DNA of 6,060 nucleotides from Candidatus Heimdallarchaeota archaeon B3_Heim (GTDB lineage: Archaea > Asgardarchaeota > Heimdallarchaeia > Hodarchaeales > Hodarchaeaceae), in assembly GCA_003144275.1 (NCBI GenBank), contig NJBF01000097.1, positions 1 to 6,060 on the forward strand, in the 5' to 3' direction. This document shows, piece by piece, positions 5,783 to 6,060 of this stretch. The notes below the pieces were generated by a model. The model saw only the letters and a list, made by a program, of their open reading frames with translations. It was not told the origin of the DNA and ran no database searches. Within the stretch, counting starts at the first letter, position 1. Each line of letters starts with the position of its first letter. The translations under genes and the position numbers were made by a program.

Positions 5783-5944
5783 CAATTAATCCTGCGGGTA
5801 GGGAAAAAATAGCTCTTTTGGTTTTTCAGGGTTGAATTTATGTGTCAGCAAAAACCAAATGTGCTATTTGTGCGGTGGGTTTTTAATCAGTTTCAATTTA
5901 GTAGGATGTTCGTTTCTTAAAGCTTGCAGGTAACGGCAGTTTGT

Positions 5945-6058
5945 CTAAAAAGCTCCGGTTCTAATTAAATAGTGACCAAATATAAGCCGATTTAAGAGAC
6001 GCTCAAAAAAGGTGGTTAAGATTTTATTCAAAAAATTGATTGCTTTAAATGGGTTTAA
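5945..6058 (-). CDS. Probable C-terminal tail of the IS1182 transposase (partial)
   Basis: An open frame from the window edge reads LNPFKAINFLNKILTTFFERLLNRLIFGHYLIRTGAF*, with the TAG inside the terminal IR. Whether the full gene is intact cannot be seen. Confidence 0.5.
   Translation of the reverse strand, partial: LNPFKAINFLNKILTTFFERLLNRLIFGHYLIRTGAF
5977..6007 (-). promoter_or_regulatory. Outward-facing consensus Bacteroidota promoter in the IS right end (copy 2)
   Basis: TTTG (6007-6004), N19, TATATTTG (5984-5977), pointing into the AlbA_2 cassette. The single internal difference from copy 1 falls in the spacer. Confidence 0.7.
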
Positions 6059-6060
6059 TA

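Larger units (their letters stand above)
4110..5933 (-). mobile_element. Putative integron-like gene cassette (1824 bp) carrying the AlbA_2-HATPase_c_4-HTH gene
   Basis: The start (G)TTACCTGCAAGCTT is complementary to the end AAGCCAGCAGGTAAC: 9/9 over the core and 13/15 overall. One gene is followed by an attC-like hairpin. Confidence 0.7.
5934..6060 (-). mobile_element. Right end of a second IS1182-family copy (continues beyond window)
   Basis: 5934-6045 is 109/112 identical to 3653-3764. The terminal IR CGGCAGTTTGTCTAAAAA (5934-5951) is 16/18 to copy 1. It diverges from copy 1 exactly at copy 1's deletion junction. Confidence 0.85.

Noticed and set aside
3653-6045. CRISPR array or segmental repeat from the 112-bp duplication
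   Set aside because: There are only two copies 2281 bp apart, and both are IS ends with a terminal IR.
3653-6060. Composite transposon formed by two direct IS copies around the AlbA_2 gene
   Set aside because: The enclosed segment has its own complementary cores and hairpin, and each IS sits at a G|TT with a local TT duplication. Independent targeted insertions explain this better, although later composite movement is not excluded.

Overview
AT-rich window with Bacteroidota-like signals (no Shine-Dalgarno motifs, TAnnTTTG promoters). The left part holds the 3' end of a TonB-dependent receptor gene (+), a tyrosine-integrase N-terminal remnant and a VTC-domain/DUF4956 pair (-). The right part (about 2720-6060, - strand) reads as a decaying integron-like gene-cassette array: a Schlafen/AlbA_2-HATPase_c_4-HTH cassette (5933-4110) ending in a 127-bp non-canonical attC-like hairpin, a DUF4160/DUF2442 putative toxin-antitoxin cassette whose hairpin is lost, and a CcbP-like pseudogene. 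At both visible cassette junctions an IS1182-family end sits exactly at the G|TT crossover point. One copy is a 455-bp internally deleted element with a 2-bp TT duplication; the other runs off the window. Both carry a consensus outward-facing Bacteroidota promoter (TTTG-N19-TATATTTG) aimed into the next cassette. No IntI-type integrase, tRNA, rRNA or CRISPR array is visible. Domain calls come from motif recognition, not database searches.
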